Of a stretch of 64,000 nucleotides of DNA, positions 25,703-35,847 are shown piece by piece (within the stretch, counting starts at the first letter, position 1; the number at the start of each line of letters is the position of its first letter). The stretch is taken from the IMG/VR virus record IMGVR_UViG_3300008266_000014, positions 1 through 64,000 of that record, one strand, 5' to 3'. The notes beneath the pieces are model-generated. The model had not been told where the DNA came from. It saw only the letters and a list, made by a program, of their open reading frames with translations, and did not search any database. Source of the stretch: a virus. The translations under genes and the position numbers were made by a program.

Positions 25703-27990
25703 GTAAACTTATCACAAACAATCTAAGACTTTTTAATGTTGATCAGTTTATAGAGTCTTTTACTGAACCCGGGTTCAACATCTACTATTTTTTTGTAGGC
25801 AATCCCCTTCCTTTTGCTATTGACAATTCTCCACCTACTCTATATGACAATGCTCAGACAGTGTTGGTAGATTCATACGAAAATATGATTTACGGTAAGA
25901 GAGTGTCATCCAATGATGTTGTGATGATGGCACGTCGTATTGACTGGCAAACCAACACCGTATACCAAAAATATACACACGATAGCAATACTCTCTATTC
26001 GCAGGATTATTTTGTTGTTGTGGATGAAGGGTCTTCATATAATGTTTTTAAGTGCTTGGATAATAGTGGGGAGACTCCTTCTACAGATCCTCCTTCATTA
26101 CTAGAGACAGCAGCTGACGATGATTTCTACTTCACTACTGATGGTTACCAGTGGAAGTATATGTATTCTATAACACCTACACAATTCTCCAAATTTTCTA
26201 CAAGTGAGTATATTCCAGTTTATGTAAACTCAAATGTTGTTGGTAATGCTGTTAGTGGGTCAATTGATAACATAGAAGTTGTTGCTGGAGGTAACAATTA
26301 CTCATCTTATGCAAATGGATCTTTTCAGGAAGTAAGAGTAGGGGGTAATCCATTAATTTTTGCAATTGATCCGTCAAATGCGTCCTCCAATACTAACTTC
26401 TATATTGGGAGTGCTATCAAGGTAGTTTCTGGAGCGGGTAGTGGTCAACAAAGAACTATTACTGGATATACTGTTTCAGGATCAACGAGACGAGTAATAA
26501 TTGATACTCCATTTAGCACAGCACCAACAACGTCATCAACATACGAAATCACTCCCTTGGTATCTATATCAGGAGATGGGACTGGTGCAATAGCAAGAGC
26601 GATTGTTAATTCAGTTAGTAACACAATATACAAAATTGAAGTTGTGGATAGGGGATACGGCTACACTTACGCGTCCGCAGTGATTACAGGAAATACAGGT
26701 GTTATCAATGTGTCCACAGGAACTGCTATAACTGCAAACAGTGCAACAGCAAAAATTATCATCAGTCCTCGTGGAGGACATGGGTCAAATGCAGCTATGG
26801 AGTTAGGATCCAGGCATGTAGGTATCAGTGTTACTTTTGATAGCTCTCTTTCTGGTAATAAGGTTGTTGATGATAATGATTTCCGAAGCATAGGAATACT
26901 ACGAGATCCACTTTTTTCGAACGCTGTTCTAGATGTTAGTAGTACTACAGGAACATTTACTGTTGGTGAATATGTTTACCAAACCCAAGGATCTCCAATA
27001 GCTGGTATTGTTATAACCAAACCTGGATCTGGGTACACTTCTAATGCAACAGTAACTATTTCTGGATCAAGTATTGCAGCTGCAGTTGCCAATGCTCAGT
27101 CAAATTCAACTGGCCGTATATCGCAAATAAATATATCAAACAACGGGCAAGGATACATTTCACCAACTGCAACAATTTCCGCACCATCTGCAATAACATT
27201 CAATGCAAACACACAAGTTTCAAATACAGACGATTTTATCGTAGTTTCTAACAATGTGTTTCAAAATAATGATATTGTGACATACTTGGTTGCTGCTGGT
27301 AACACTGCACTTACTAATTTATCAAATGGCTCTGCGTATTATGTTGTGAGTGCAAATGCTACTGGAGTCAAACTTTCTTCCACACTAAACGGAAGTGCTA
27401 TTAACTTGACCGCTGGTGCAAGTGAAGCAGGCCACAGTCTGAAGGGTGAAACAGCCACAGTTTCAGTGGTCGTTGATTCTGGTAAAATCACTACTGCAAC
27501 AGGTGTTGTGACAAGTGCAAATGATTCCGTAGTTAAGTTATCTAATGTGTTTGGTTTTTTTGTAACAGGTAACTCATCAGTTAACTTACTGCAGGGAAAT
27601 ACAAGTGGGTTTCAAGCGGCATGCGATACGGTAACACAACCAACTACATACTTTGATCAAACCTATAAAGTTGTTGGCTCACTACAGAGTGCAAATAACT
27701 TTGTTGAGGATGAGCTAGTTTTTCAGAGTGAGAATGCGAACGCCTACTTTTATTCATCAAACAACACAGTTGTAAGATTGATAAAAAAACGAGGAACAAT
27801 AAACCAGAGCGACATAGATACGAGTTATTATATTGAAGGCGATACCTCATCAGCACAGTTTCTTGTTTCTGGAGTTGTGGAATCTGATGTTGTCAAGGGT
27901 TCTGGGCAGGTAATGTACCTTGAAAATTTCACACCTGTTACAAAAACAAACGGACAGACAGAAACAATTAAATTACTTTTAGAGTTTTAA
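25699..27990 (+). CDS. 8: baseplate wedge protein gp8-like
   Basis: R.DW, VFKCLDN, DGYQWKYMY, SPRGGHG, DNDFR.IG, ETIKLLLEF. Confidence 0.85.
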   Translation: MSKLITNNLRLFNVDQFIESFTEPGFNIYYFFVGNPLPFAIDNSPPTLYDNAQTVLVDSYENMIYGKRVSSNDVVMMARRIDWQTNTVYQKYTHDSNTLYSQDYFVVVDEGSSYNVFKCLDNSGETPSTDPPSLLETAADDDFYFTTDGYQWKYMYSITPTQFSKFSTSEYIPVYVNSNVVGNAVSGSIDNIEVVAGGNNYSSYANGSFQEVRVGGNPLIFAIDPSNASSNTNFYIGSAIKVVSGAGSGQQRTITGYTVSGSTRRVIIDTPFSTAPTTSSTYEITPLVSISGDGTGAIARAIVNSVSNTIYKIEVVDRGYGYTYASAVITGNTGVINVSTGTAITANSATAKIIISPRGGHGSNAAMELGSRHVGISVTFDSSLSGNKVVDDNDFRSIGILRDPLFSNAVLDVSSTTGTFTVGEYVYQTQGSPIAGIVITKPGSGYTSNATVTISGSSIAAAVANAQSNSTGRISQINISNNGQGYISPTATISAPSAITFNANTQVSNTDDFIVVSNNVFQNNDIVTYLVAAGNTALTNLSNGSAYYVVSANATGVKLSSTLNGSAINLTAGASEAGHSLKGETATVSVVVDSGKITTATGVVTSANDSVVKLSNVFGFFVTGNSSVNLLQGNTSGFQAACDTVTQPTTYFDQTYKVVGSLQSANNFVEDELVFQSENANAYFYSSNNTVVRLIKKRGTINQSDIDTSYYIEGDTSSAQFLVSGVVESDVVKGSGQVMYLENFTPVTKTNGQTETIKLLLEF

Positions 27991-28000
27991 AGAGGAATAA

Positions 28001-31000
28001 ATGTCACTTGAAACTAATTTCAACATATCACCCTATTTTGATGATTATGACGAGACGAAGAATTTTCAAAGAATTCTTTTCAGACCAGCTGTGCCTGTAC
28101 AGGCTAGAGAGCTAACACAGCTTCAGACAATACTTCAGAAGCAGGTTGAGAGATTTGGTGATAATATCTACAAGCAAGGGACAATTATCAAAGGATGTAC
28201 TTTCACCTATGATTATAATTACGAATATATAAAAATTAAAGATTTGCAGGTGAACGGCTTAGCTGCAAATCCATCTAGTTATGCTAACCTATATGCAATA
28301 GAAACCACTTCCAATCTTTACTCTATCGTAGTTAATAGCGCCCAAGGATTAGAATCTCAAGATCCAGATACAAATATATTATATGTGAAGTATATTAATA
28401 CTGGTACAGGAGAAAAAAAGAAATTTGCTAATAATGAGACTGTCACCCTCTACAATCAAGATTTTAGATTAGTATCTGTTTCCATCAATAGTGGTGGTAC
28501 TCTTTACAGCAACACTGACTACATTACTTTCAGCGGTGGTGGTGGGTCTGGGGCGTCAGCAAACATCGTCACATATTCAAACGGAACGATTAGATCCATT
28601 ATATTTTCCTCAACTGGAACAGGTTACGTTACTACTCCCTCAGCCAACATTGTAAACTCTACTGGTGGTTCGACAATAACAGGATCCGGAGCAAGTTTAT
28701 CAGTAATCAACTATGTTGCACAGGTAGTAGTTGCTAATAGTTCTTTCACTGCTAACAGCACAACTCCAGTAGGTGTTGGTACAGCTGTAACTGTTAGTGA
28801 TGGAATTATTTACCAGAAAGGCCATTTCCTAAGAGTAGAGCAACAAACAGTTATTGTTGATAAGTTTTCTAAAACACCTAACAATGTTGTGTTGGGCTTT
28901 TACACACAAGAATCCATTGTTAATAATAGCGTTGATACTTCTTTATTGGATAATGCTCAGGGATACTCGAACTATACAGCTCCGGGAGCAAATCGATTAA
29001 AACTTACTCCTATTCTTCAAGTGGTATCTGCAGCCAATGCTGCTTCAAATACCGAGTTCTTTAAACTTGTAGAATTTGAAAATGGGAGAGTTATTAAGAG
29101 AAAAACCGAGACAGAGTTTAACTCTATTGATAAAAAACTCTCGCAGAGAACCGCAGAGGAAAGTGGTGACTATGTTGTTAATCAGTTTCAGATCAGCACA
29201 TCAGATATTTCGAGCAATACAACCCATCTTAATGTAGTCGTTGGTCCAGGTGTTGGTTATGTTGATGGAACTAGAATCGAAATTAATGATTCCGTTACTC
29301 TTAAAGCGCGTCAAGGTGTAGATACAAACACTGCGTCATCGCAATCAATTGCAACAAACTATGGTAACTACGTTCTTGTAAAGGAAATGCTAGGTACATT
29401 TGATTTTACAACAGGGGCTACAGTAAATCTAAAAAATGCTTTGAACACTGATGTGTCCGATAATTTTGGAGGTGCTCCTAGCTCTGCCGGATCAACAATC
29501 GGCACAGCTAAAATTAGATCCTTGGAATATGAATCTGGCACTATAGGTGCACCTTCAGCCGTTTACAGACTGTATCTTTTTGATATTACAATGTCAAAGG
29601 GGTATACTTTTAAAGACACACGTTCAGTACAAGCTACGGGTGTTGTGGCAGATGTAGTTCTAGAAGATGGAAATGCAGTATTGAAGGATACTGATTTTGA
29701 CACTTTGGTATTTACGTCTGGATTTACTTCAGTCAACTCAATTGCTAATGTTGATTTAATTTATAGAACTGTTACAACAAACACTTTCAACACCAGTGGT
29801 AATACAACTATTGAAGTTACAGGTACGTACGATACATTCCCATACACTGCCGGTGGCACACTCAATTCAGTACAAGAACGAGAGTTTATAGTAATTCCTA
29901 CCGCAAATGCGATCAGTTCATCAAATCTAACCGGAACTGTGTCTTCATCTGGAAATGTGATTACCGGTTCAACAACTAATTTTATAAACCAGCTTGACGT
30001 GGGAGACTATATTAAATTCCAGGGCAACACAGGGATTTATAGAGTTTCTACTATCGCTAGCGCCACTTCAATGACTATTGAAGGAACCGGTGATCCTACA
30101 GTTTCTGCTAACAGTTTCGTACTTGCTTATCCTGCAAATGTACCTATAAGATTGGATAGAACTGGTGCAAATGTTCAGATTGGTGCTTTGGGAACAACTG
30201 CAGCAATCAATATTGGTAATACAATTACCGGATCTACCGGAGTCAAAGTTGTACACAATGTAAAGGTATCACCTGGTTCTAATATTATTCATAAAGCAAA
30301 GAGTGTAGTTAAGAGAGTATTTGTAAAACTATCCACTGATAAATTAACTGAAACTACAAAAGGACCATGGTGTCTTGGTATACCGGACGTATTCCAGCTT
30401 AACGCTGTTTATGTAGGAACAAGTAATACGTACTCAAATACCACAACAAATTATGTCTCAAGTTTTCAGCTTGAGACTGGCCAGACAGATAACTTATACG
30501 GTTTATCTTATCTAAGATATAAACCTGGAAGTACTCTTTCTCTGACTTCCTCCAGTTGTCTTTTAGTGGAAGTAGATTTATTCACACATGGATCGGGGTA
30601 CTACATCTCGTCTAGATCATATCCAGTCGATGATACTACAACCCCACTTCCTTCTAATAAAATTAGAACTGAGTCTATCCCTAATTTTACATCACCTAAG
30701 ACTGGTAAAGTAGAGAGTTTAAGAAATGTAGTTGATTTTCGTCCAATTGCTGCTAACACTGCTAACGCGGCTGCAACAACAGTAGCTTCTGCAACTATAG
30801 ATCCATCGTCCACAGAAACAATTACTGGCACTCTATATTTCCCAACACCCAATGAAGTGTTTGAGGCTGATGTTCAATACTACATGAGTAGAGCGGATAG
30901 AGTTATTCTTGATAGAAATGGTAACGTAACTATTAAGGAAGGTGTCTCAAGTACAACTCCAGTGCCACCGCAGGTACCAGATAAATCAATGTTGTTGGGT

Positions 31001-34000
31001 ACTATTTTAGTGCCTCCTTATCCTTCTCTTTCTCCAAAAAAGGCAGCAGAAGTGAAACGTCAAGACTACGCTACGTATGTCAAGATGGACCAGGTTAAGC
31101 GCTACACTATGAAGGATATTAAACAGATTGAAGAAAGACTAAAGAATCTTGAATACTATTCACTTCTCAATACACTAGAGAAGAATGCAAAAGATCTTGT
31201 TATCCCAAGTGAATCCAATAATGCTATTAACAGATTCAAGAACGGCTTCTTCGTTGATCCGTTGAATTCGTACGATGTAGCTAATGTTGATGATCCAGAA
31301 TTTAACATTTTAATTGATGATAAACAGTCTTACGCCCGTCCTCCAATAGATCAGAACACTATTGATTTAAAAATTAAATCTGCAAACTCGGTTAATGCGA
31401 CTGTGAAGGGTGACGTTGCTCTACTGTCGTACACAGAGGATGTTGCTTTCAATCAACCTCTTGCAACAAGGTACAGAAACCTTGCCCAGCTTGCATGGGG
31501 TTTTGAGGGAGCAATAAGAATCTTCCCAGAGTATGACAATTACTATGATTCAACTAGAAAAGCAGTTAAATTTACTTTTGATCTTTCCACACCACTGAAC
31601 GGTCTTATCAAAACCATTAATGATACAGTTGTGTTCAAAGCGGATTCGAAAAAAGTTACTGTTAAACAGTCAGACTGGGTTAATGTTGGTCCTACGTGGT
31701 GGCAGAATGGTCAAAACCAGCAGCAGGTTGCAACACAGACAACTACAACACAAACAACCACTGGAACAATTCAAGCTGGGTCTTCAGTACAGAGTAACCA
31801 AGAAATTGGTGACTTCCTCTCTGATTTTGATTTCAATCCTTTTATTCGTGGCCAAGAAATTTATTTTGTGGTTACTGGATTGAGACCTGGTGCTAGACAC
31901 TACGCATTTTTTGATAAGCAGTCTGTGGAGTCAAGACCAGGAGAAATTGTAAATATTTCTAGTATTACAAGTTCGGCGTCTCTAGAAAATGATAATAATT
32001 TTAGATTTACTGGGGTCAAGAACGCTAATCTCGTTGCAAATAGCACTGGAGGTCTCGCAGGTGTATTATATGTTCCTGCTGGCACCTTTAATGTGGGCCA
32101 GAGAGAAATTTTAATTACCGATGTCAATGACGTCGATAGTCTTGATACATCTATATCAAAAGCTACGTGCTCTTTCAACGCTTACAATTTCACCAAGCAG
32201 ATATCAAATCTGACTATGGTGACAAAGCAGCCGTCTACATACTCACCCGTCACCACAGTTAATACCATTGTAAACACAGTCCCTATTTCAAGAGTTAGAA
32301 GATGGGACCCACTTGCCCAGACATTTAATATCAACTTCAATGATGGTAGTGATGGGTGTTTCTTGACTAAGTTTGATTTATTCTTTAAACAAAAAAGTTC
32401 CACTCTTGGTTTAACAATACAAGTGAGGGAAACTGACAACGGATATCCATCGCCTACGGTGTTGACGCAAAAACAAATTGCAGCTTCTTCTGTGAATGTT
32501 AGTGATGATGGAACGTCTGCAACAACGATTGTTTTAGACACCCCAGTCTTTATAAGAAATAATAAAGATTATTGTATTACAGTAATGCCGGATCAAAATT
32601 CGCCAGATTATTTAATATGGACAGCTGTACCTGGACAGCCAGACGTAGCTACAAACAACGTTGACAATGGTGATTTTGGGATAGGAGTTCTGTTCCTCTC
32701 TTCTAACGATAAGGTTTGGACCCCGATTCAGAACGAAGATGTAAAAATTAAAGCATATTATGCTAAATTTACACCTACGTCTGGAACAGTCTTGCTTGAG
32801 AATGATAACTACGAGTTCCTTTCTATATCAAATACTGAGGGTTCTTTTGTTGGTGGAGAGCGAGTTGCACAGAAAGCAAATTCATACGTCACAGCAGCTA
32901 CCTTCACCGGAAATACCACCAGTGGTGTAGCAAATACGTCAGCAAGTCTAACCTCTACTGTCAGTGCTGGTGATTATTTACTGATTGTTTATGGAGACAG
33001 TGTCACATCTGCAAAGACTGGAACTGTTTCAGTGTCGTCTGGAAACACAACGGTCACAGGATCAGGCACGAGCTTCAATACCGAATATACTGTTGGTGAT
33101 TATTTACTAATCAGCAGTAATGTGAGAGAAGTTGTTGCTATAGCGAATTCAACCCAGATGACTATTGATGCTCCGCTAACAGCAGTCGCAGCTTCTGTTG
33201 CTCATTATGGAGTTACTGATACACTACAAATTAATAAAGTTCTTTCAGTCAATGCTACTTCTGTATCACTGAGAGACAACTTAATTAAAACAATCGACAA
33301 TGCAACAGTATATGCTGGTGTACAGAAAGTTGTTACAGGTATTGTTGACAAGGTAGGAACTGATAACACAATTGTTATTAAAAATTCTACCGCTGCTAAT
33401 AGCTCGTTTGTGTTTGCTTCTACGAAGTCCTTGGTTGGTGGCATTTCGCAAGCAAGAAGCACCATCAGTAGTGTGGATGATTTTACTGTTAATTATGTCG
33501 AACCACATATTTCTACAGTTGTTCCTAATCCTACAGGTGTGTCATTGACACAATCTATTGCTGGAACCTCAGCAGCAACTGCGAATCAATCAGTATCGTT
33601 TGGTGTTTCTAACAAAACTCTCTATGAAGCTGAAATTAGATCAAGAAGTAATGAAATTATTTTAGATTCAGGAAACAAATCTTTCAATCTATTTGTTTCT
33701 TTGACAAGACCATCAAATGTAAATAAAATAAGCCCTATCATCGATTTGAATCCTGCAAGTGTGGTTGTGTTGCAGAATAAAGTGAACAATTCAAGCAGTA
33801 ATGAAAATACGAAGTATGGATCTGCAACTGTTAAATATATTTCCAAGCAGGTAGTTCTTGCTGATGGGCTCGATGCTGAAGATTTGAAGGTTTATCTCAC
33901 AGCCTACAAGCCAGTGAGTACAGATGTGCTGGTCTATGGTAAATTCCTCAATAGTTCTGATACGGAATCGTTTAACGATAAAGATTGGACGCTTTTGGAT

Positions 34001-34507
34001 CAAACTACGGAAACAAACTTGTACAGTGACCTTGCTGACGCCCAAGATTACTTGGAGTATGAGTATTCGGTACCAAGAAGTCCTTTATCAACCTCAGTTG
34101 CTGGAAAAGTAACTACAAACTCTAATACAACATTGACTGGTGTAGATACTACATTCACGTCAGCTCTTTCAAGTGGTGATGTGATTAAGATTGTTAGTCC
34201 ATCTTCTCCTTCTGCGTTTGAGATAAATGTTGTGCAGTCGGTTTCTAATAATACAACTGTTGTGTTGTCAAACAGTAACGGACCTTACTCCAACACCAGT
34301 TCAAGTGGGTTTGATTTAGAGAAAGTAACATATCCAAAAACTGCATTTAAGTACTCAAATGATAATAACATAATTAGATATTACGATTCTAACCAATCTG
34401 GATACTCAACATATAAGATTTTTGCAATAAAAATTGTACTTCTTTCAGGGTCTACAGAAGTTGTTCCGGTTGTTAAGGATATTAGAGCTTTGGCGGTATC
34501 GGTATGA
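28001..34507 (+). CDS. large virion structural protein (VrlC/DUF4815-like)
   Basis: N.SPYFDDY, LFRP..VQARELTQLQ, APGANRLK, RT.EESGDY, RYTMKDI..IE.R, FKNGFFVD, DPLAQTF, DIRALA. Confidence 0.85.
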   Translation: MSLETNFNISPYFDDYDETKNFQRILFRPAVPVQARELTQLQTILQKQVERFGDNIYKQGTIIKGCTFTYDYNYEYIKIKDLQVNGLAANPSSYANLYAIETTSNLYSIVVNSAQGLESQDPDTNILYVKYINTGTGEKKKFANNETVTLYNQDFRLVSVSINSGGTLYSNTDYITFSGGGGSGASANIVTYSNGTIRSIIFSSTGTGYVTTPSANIVNSTGGSTITGSGASLSVINYVAQVVVANSSFTANSTTPVGVGTAVTVSDGIIYQKGHFLRVEQQTVIVDKFSKTPNNVVLGFYTQESIVNNSVDTSLLDNAQGYSNYTAPGANRLKLTPILQVVSAANAASNTEFFKLVEFENGRVIKRKTETEFNSIDKKLSQRTAEESGDYVVNQFQISTSDISSNTTHLNVVVGPGVGYVDGTRIEINDSVTLKARQGVDTNTASSQSIATNYGNYVLVKEMLGTFDFTTGATVNLKNALNTDVSDNFGGAPSSAGSTIGTAKIRSLEYESGTIGAPSAVYRLYLFDITMSKGYTFKDTRSVQATGVVADVVLEDGNAVLKDTDFDTLVFTSGFTSVNSIANVDLIYRTVTTNTFNTSGNTTIEVTGTYDTFPYTAGGTLNSVQEREFIVIPTANAISSSNLTGTVSSSGNVITGSTTNFINQLDVGDYIKFQGNTGIYRVSTIASATSMTIEGTGDPTVSANSFVLAYPANVPIRLDRTGANVQIGALGTTAAINIGNTITGSTGVKVVHNVKVSPGSNIIHKAKSVVKRVFVKLSTDKLTETTKGPWCLGIPDVFQLNAVYVGTSNTYSNTTTNYVSSFQLETGQTDNLYGLSYLRYKPGSTLSLTSSSCLLVEVDLFTHGSGYYISSRSYPVDDTTTPLPSNKIRTESIPNFTSPKTGKVESLRNVVDFRPIAANTANAAATTVASATIDPSSTETITGTLYFPTPNEVFEADVQYYMSRADRVILDRNGNVTIKEGVSSTTPVPPQVPDKSMLLGTILVPPYPSLSPKKAAEVKRQDYATYVKMDQVKRYTMKDIKQIEERLKNLEYYSLLNTLEKNAKDLVIPSESNNAINRFKNGFFVDPLNSYDVANVDDPEFNILIDDKQSYARPPIDQNTIDLKIKSANSVNATVKGDVALLSYTEDVAFNQPLATRYRNLAQLAWGFEGAIRIFPEYDNYYDSTRKAVKFTFDLSTPLNGLIKTINDTVVFKADSKKVTVKQSDWVNVGPTWWQNGQNQQQVATQTTTTQTTTGTIQAGSSVQSNQEIGDFLSDFDFNPFIRGQEIYFVVTGLRPGARHYAFFDKQSVESRPGEIVNISSITSSASLENDNNFRFTGVKNANLVANSTGGLAGVLYVPAGTFNVGQREILITDVNDVDSLDTSISKATCSFNAYNFTKQISNLTMVTKQPSTYSPVTTVNTIVNTVPISRVRRWDPLAQTFNINFNDGSDGCFLTKFDLFFKQKSSTLGLTIQVRETDNGYPSPTVLTQKQIAASSVNVSDDGTSATTIVLDTPVFIRNNKDYCITVMPDQNSPDYLIWTAVPGQPDVATNNVDNGDFGIGVLFLSSNDKVWTPIQNEDVKIKAYYAKFTPTSGTVLLENDNYEFLSISNTEGSFVGGERVAQKANSYVTAATFTGNTTSGVANTSASLTSTVSAGDYLLIVYGDSVTSAKTGTVSVSSGNTTVTGSGTSFNTEYTVGDYLLISSNVREVVAIANSTQMTIDAPLTAVAASVAHYGVTDTLQINKVLSVNATSVSLRDNLIKTIDNATVYAGVQKVVTGIVDKVGTDNTIVIKNSTAANSSFVFASTKSLVGGISQARSTISSVDDFTVNYVEPHISTVVPNPTGVSLTQSIAGTSAATANQSVSFGVSNKTLYEAEIRSRSNEIILDSGNKSFNLFVSLTRPSNVNKISPIIDLNPASVVVLQNKVNNSSSNENTKYGSATVKYISKQVVLADGLDAEDLKVYLTAYKPVSTDVLVYGKFLNSSDTESFNDKDWTLLDQTTETNLYSDLADAQDYLEYEYSVPRSPLSTSVAGKVTTNSNTTLTGVDTTFTSALSSGDVIKIVSPSSPSAFEINVVQSVSNNTTVVLSNSNGPYSNTSSSGFDLEKVTYPKTAFKYSNDNNIIRYYDSNQSGYSTYKIFAIKIVLLSGSTEVVPVVKDIRALAVSV

Positions 34508-34734
34508 GTATAGTAAAAACCGATGTTTCTGATTTTGATAGGGATGTTGGTAATGGTGCGTTAATAAATAATAATGTTAACGCATTCACCCTCTATAAGC
34601 AAAGAAGACAGCAGCAGCAAGATGCAAATAGTCTTCAAACCCAGGTTGATAACTTGAAAACAGATATCAATGAAATCAAGAGTTTATTAATGGTCCTAAT
34701 TCAAAGAGATAGCAATGGCACTTTCAACAGCTAA
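34504..34734 (+). CDS. small coiled-coil protein
   Basis: RD...GALIN...LK.DINEIKSLL; typical gene downstream of VrlC-like genes. Confidence 0.7.
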   Translation: MSIVKTDVSDFDRDVGNGALINNNVNAFTLYKQRRQQQQDANSLQTQVDNLKTDINEIKSLLMVLIQRDSNGTFNS

Positions 34735-35836
34735 TGTAAACACAAGCACGGATTCTTTCCAAAACTGGATTGATAAAACTAACATTCTTCTTGATGCTTA
34801 TTCCACGACTATTGTAACCACCGCTGCAAATACCGGGGGTGGTACCACAGTCGGTAATGCTGTCATAAACGGCACTTTCCGAGCAAATACTTTAGTAGCT
34901 GGGGAAAATCTTAGAGGTGGTAACGTCACTACCAGTGGAGTCCTTTCAATATCCAGTAACGTATCGATAGGCAACTCTACTGTTAATACTGTTTTTAGCA
35001 CTACTACTATTGATACAGACCTGGCTCTAACAGTTGGGGGAGCAGCGACTCTCTCAGGTACTCTTTTGGTTAGTGGGGTGGCTACTCTTGCAGGAAATAC
35101 AATTCTTTCCGGAACATCCCACACAATTGCTGGTAATTCTAGTTTTGATTCTGGTGTTCTGTTTGTTGATGGTACAAATAATAGAGTTGGAGTAAATGAT
35201 AATACTCCTTCCGTTGCCCTTGACGTAACAGGGGACATTAACGTAACAGCTACTGCAAATGTTCAAGGAAATGCTAACGTAGGTGGAACATTTGGTGTCA
35301 CAGGAATTACTACACTAGCTGCTAACGTGAATATCGGCGGGGTTGCTACAGTATCCAACAACTTCAGTGTCACTGGAGATTCGAGACATAGTGGCGACAG
35401 ATTCGTTGTTACTACTTCAGGAGTGAGCGTTAATAGTGTAGCAACATTCACTGCAAACGCAACATTCCAGCAGCAAGTAGTTTCTCAGTCTAACACCCTT
35501 ACAATTAATGTTGCTACATTCATTACATCGTCAAATGGAGATCTAGGTTCAAATACAACATCCCCACTCTTGGTAATGAGTGTACCCAAGGCTACTTACA
35601 AAGGCGGCGAATTAATCGTAAGTATTACTAAATCCACAAAGTCCCAAATATCCAAACTTCTTTTTGTTCATGATAGTAGTGATGTTGAAATGACTGCGTA
35701 TGGAACAATAATGACTCCAGCACTAGACCCTGATCTTGGTACAATTACTGCGGGTATAAATAATGCCAATGTAGAAATAAAAATACAACAATCAACAGGA
35801 AATACGGCCGTTAAAATGATGGCAACCTTATTCTAA
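34715..35836 (+). CDS. tail fibre-like structural protein
   Basis: N-terminal TDSF.NW..KTN motif; Thr/Asn/Gly-rich beta repeats. Confidence 0.7.
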   Translation: MALSTANVNTSTDSFQNWIDKTNILLDAYSTTIVTTAANTGGGTTVGNAVINGTFRANTLVAGENLRGGNVTTSGVLSISSNVSIGNSTVNTVFSTTTIDTDLALTVGGAATLSGTLLVSGVATLAGNTILSGTSHTIAGNSSFDSGVLFVDGTNNRVGVNDNTPSVALDVTGDINVTATANVQGNANVGGTFGVTGITTLAANVNIGGVATVSNNFSVTGDSRHSGDRFVVTTSGVSVNSVATFTANATFQQQVVSQSNTLTINVATFITSSNGDLGSNTTSPLLVMSVPKATYKGGELIVSITKSTKSQISKLLFVHDSSDVEMTAYGTIMTPALDPDLGTITAGINNANVEIKIQQSTGNTAVKMMATLF

Positions 35837-35847
35837 ACAGGTTATAA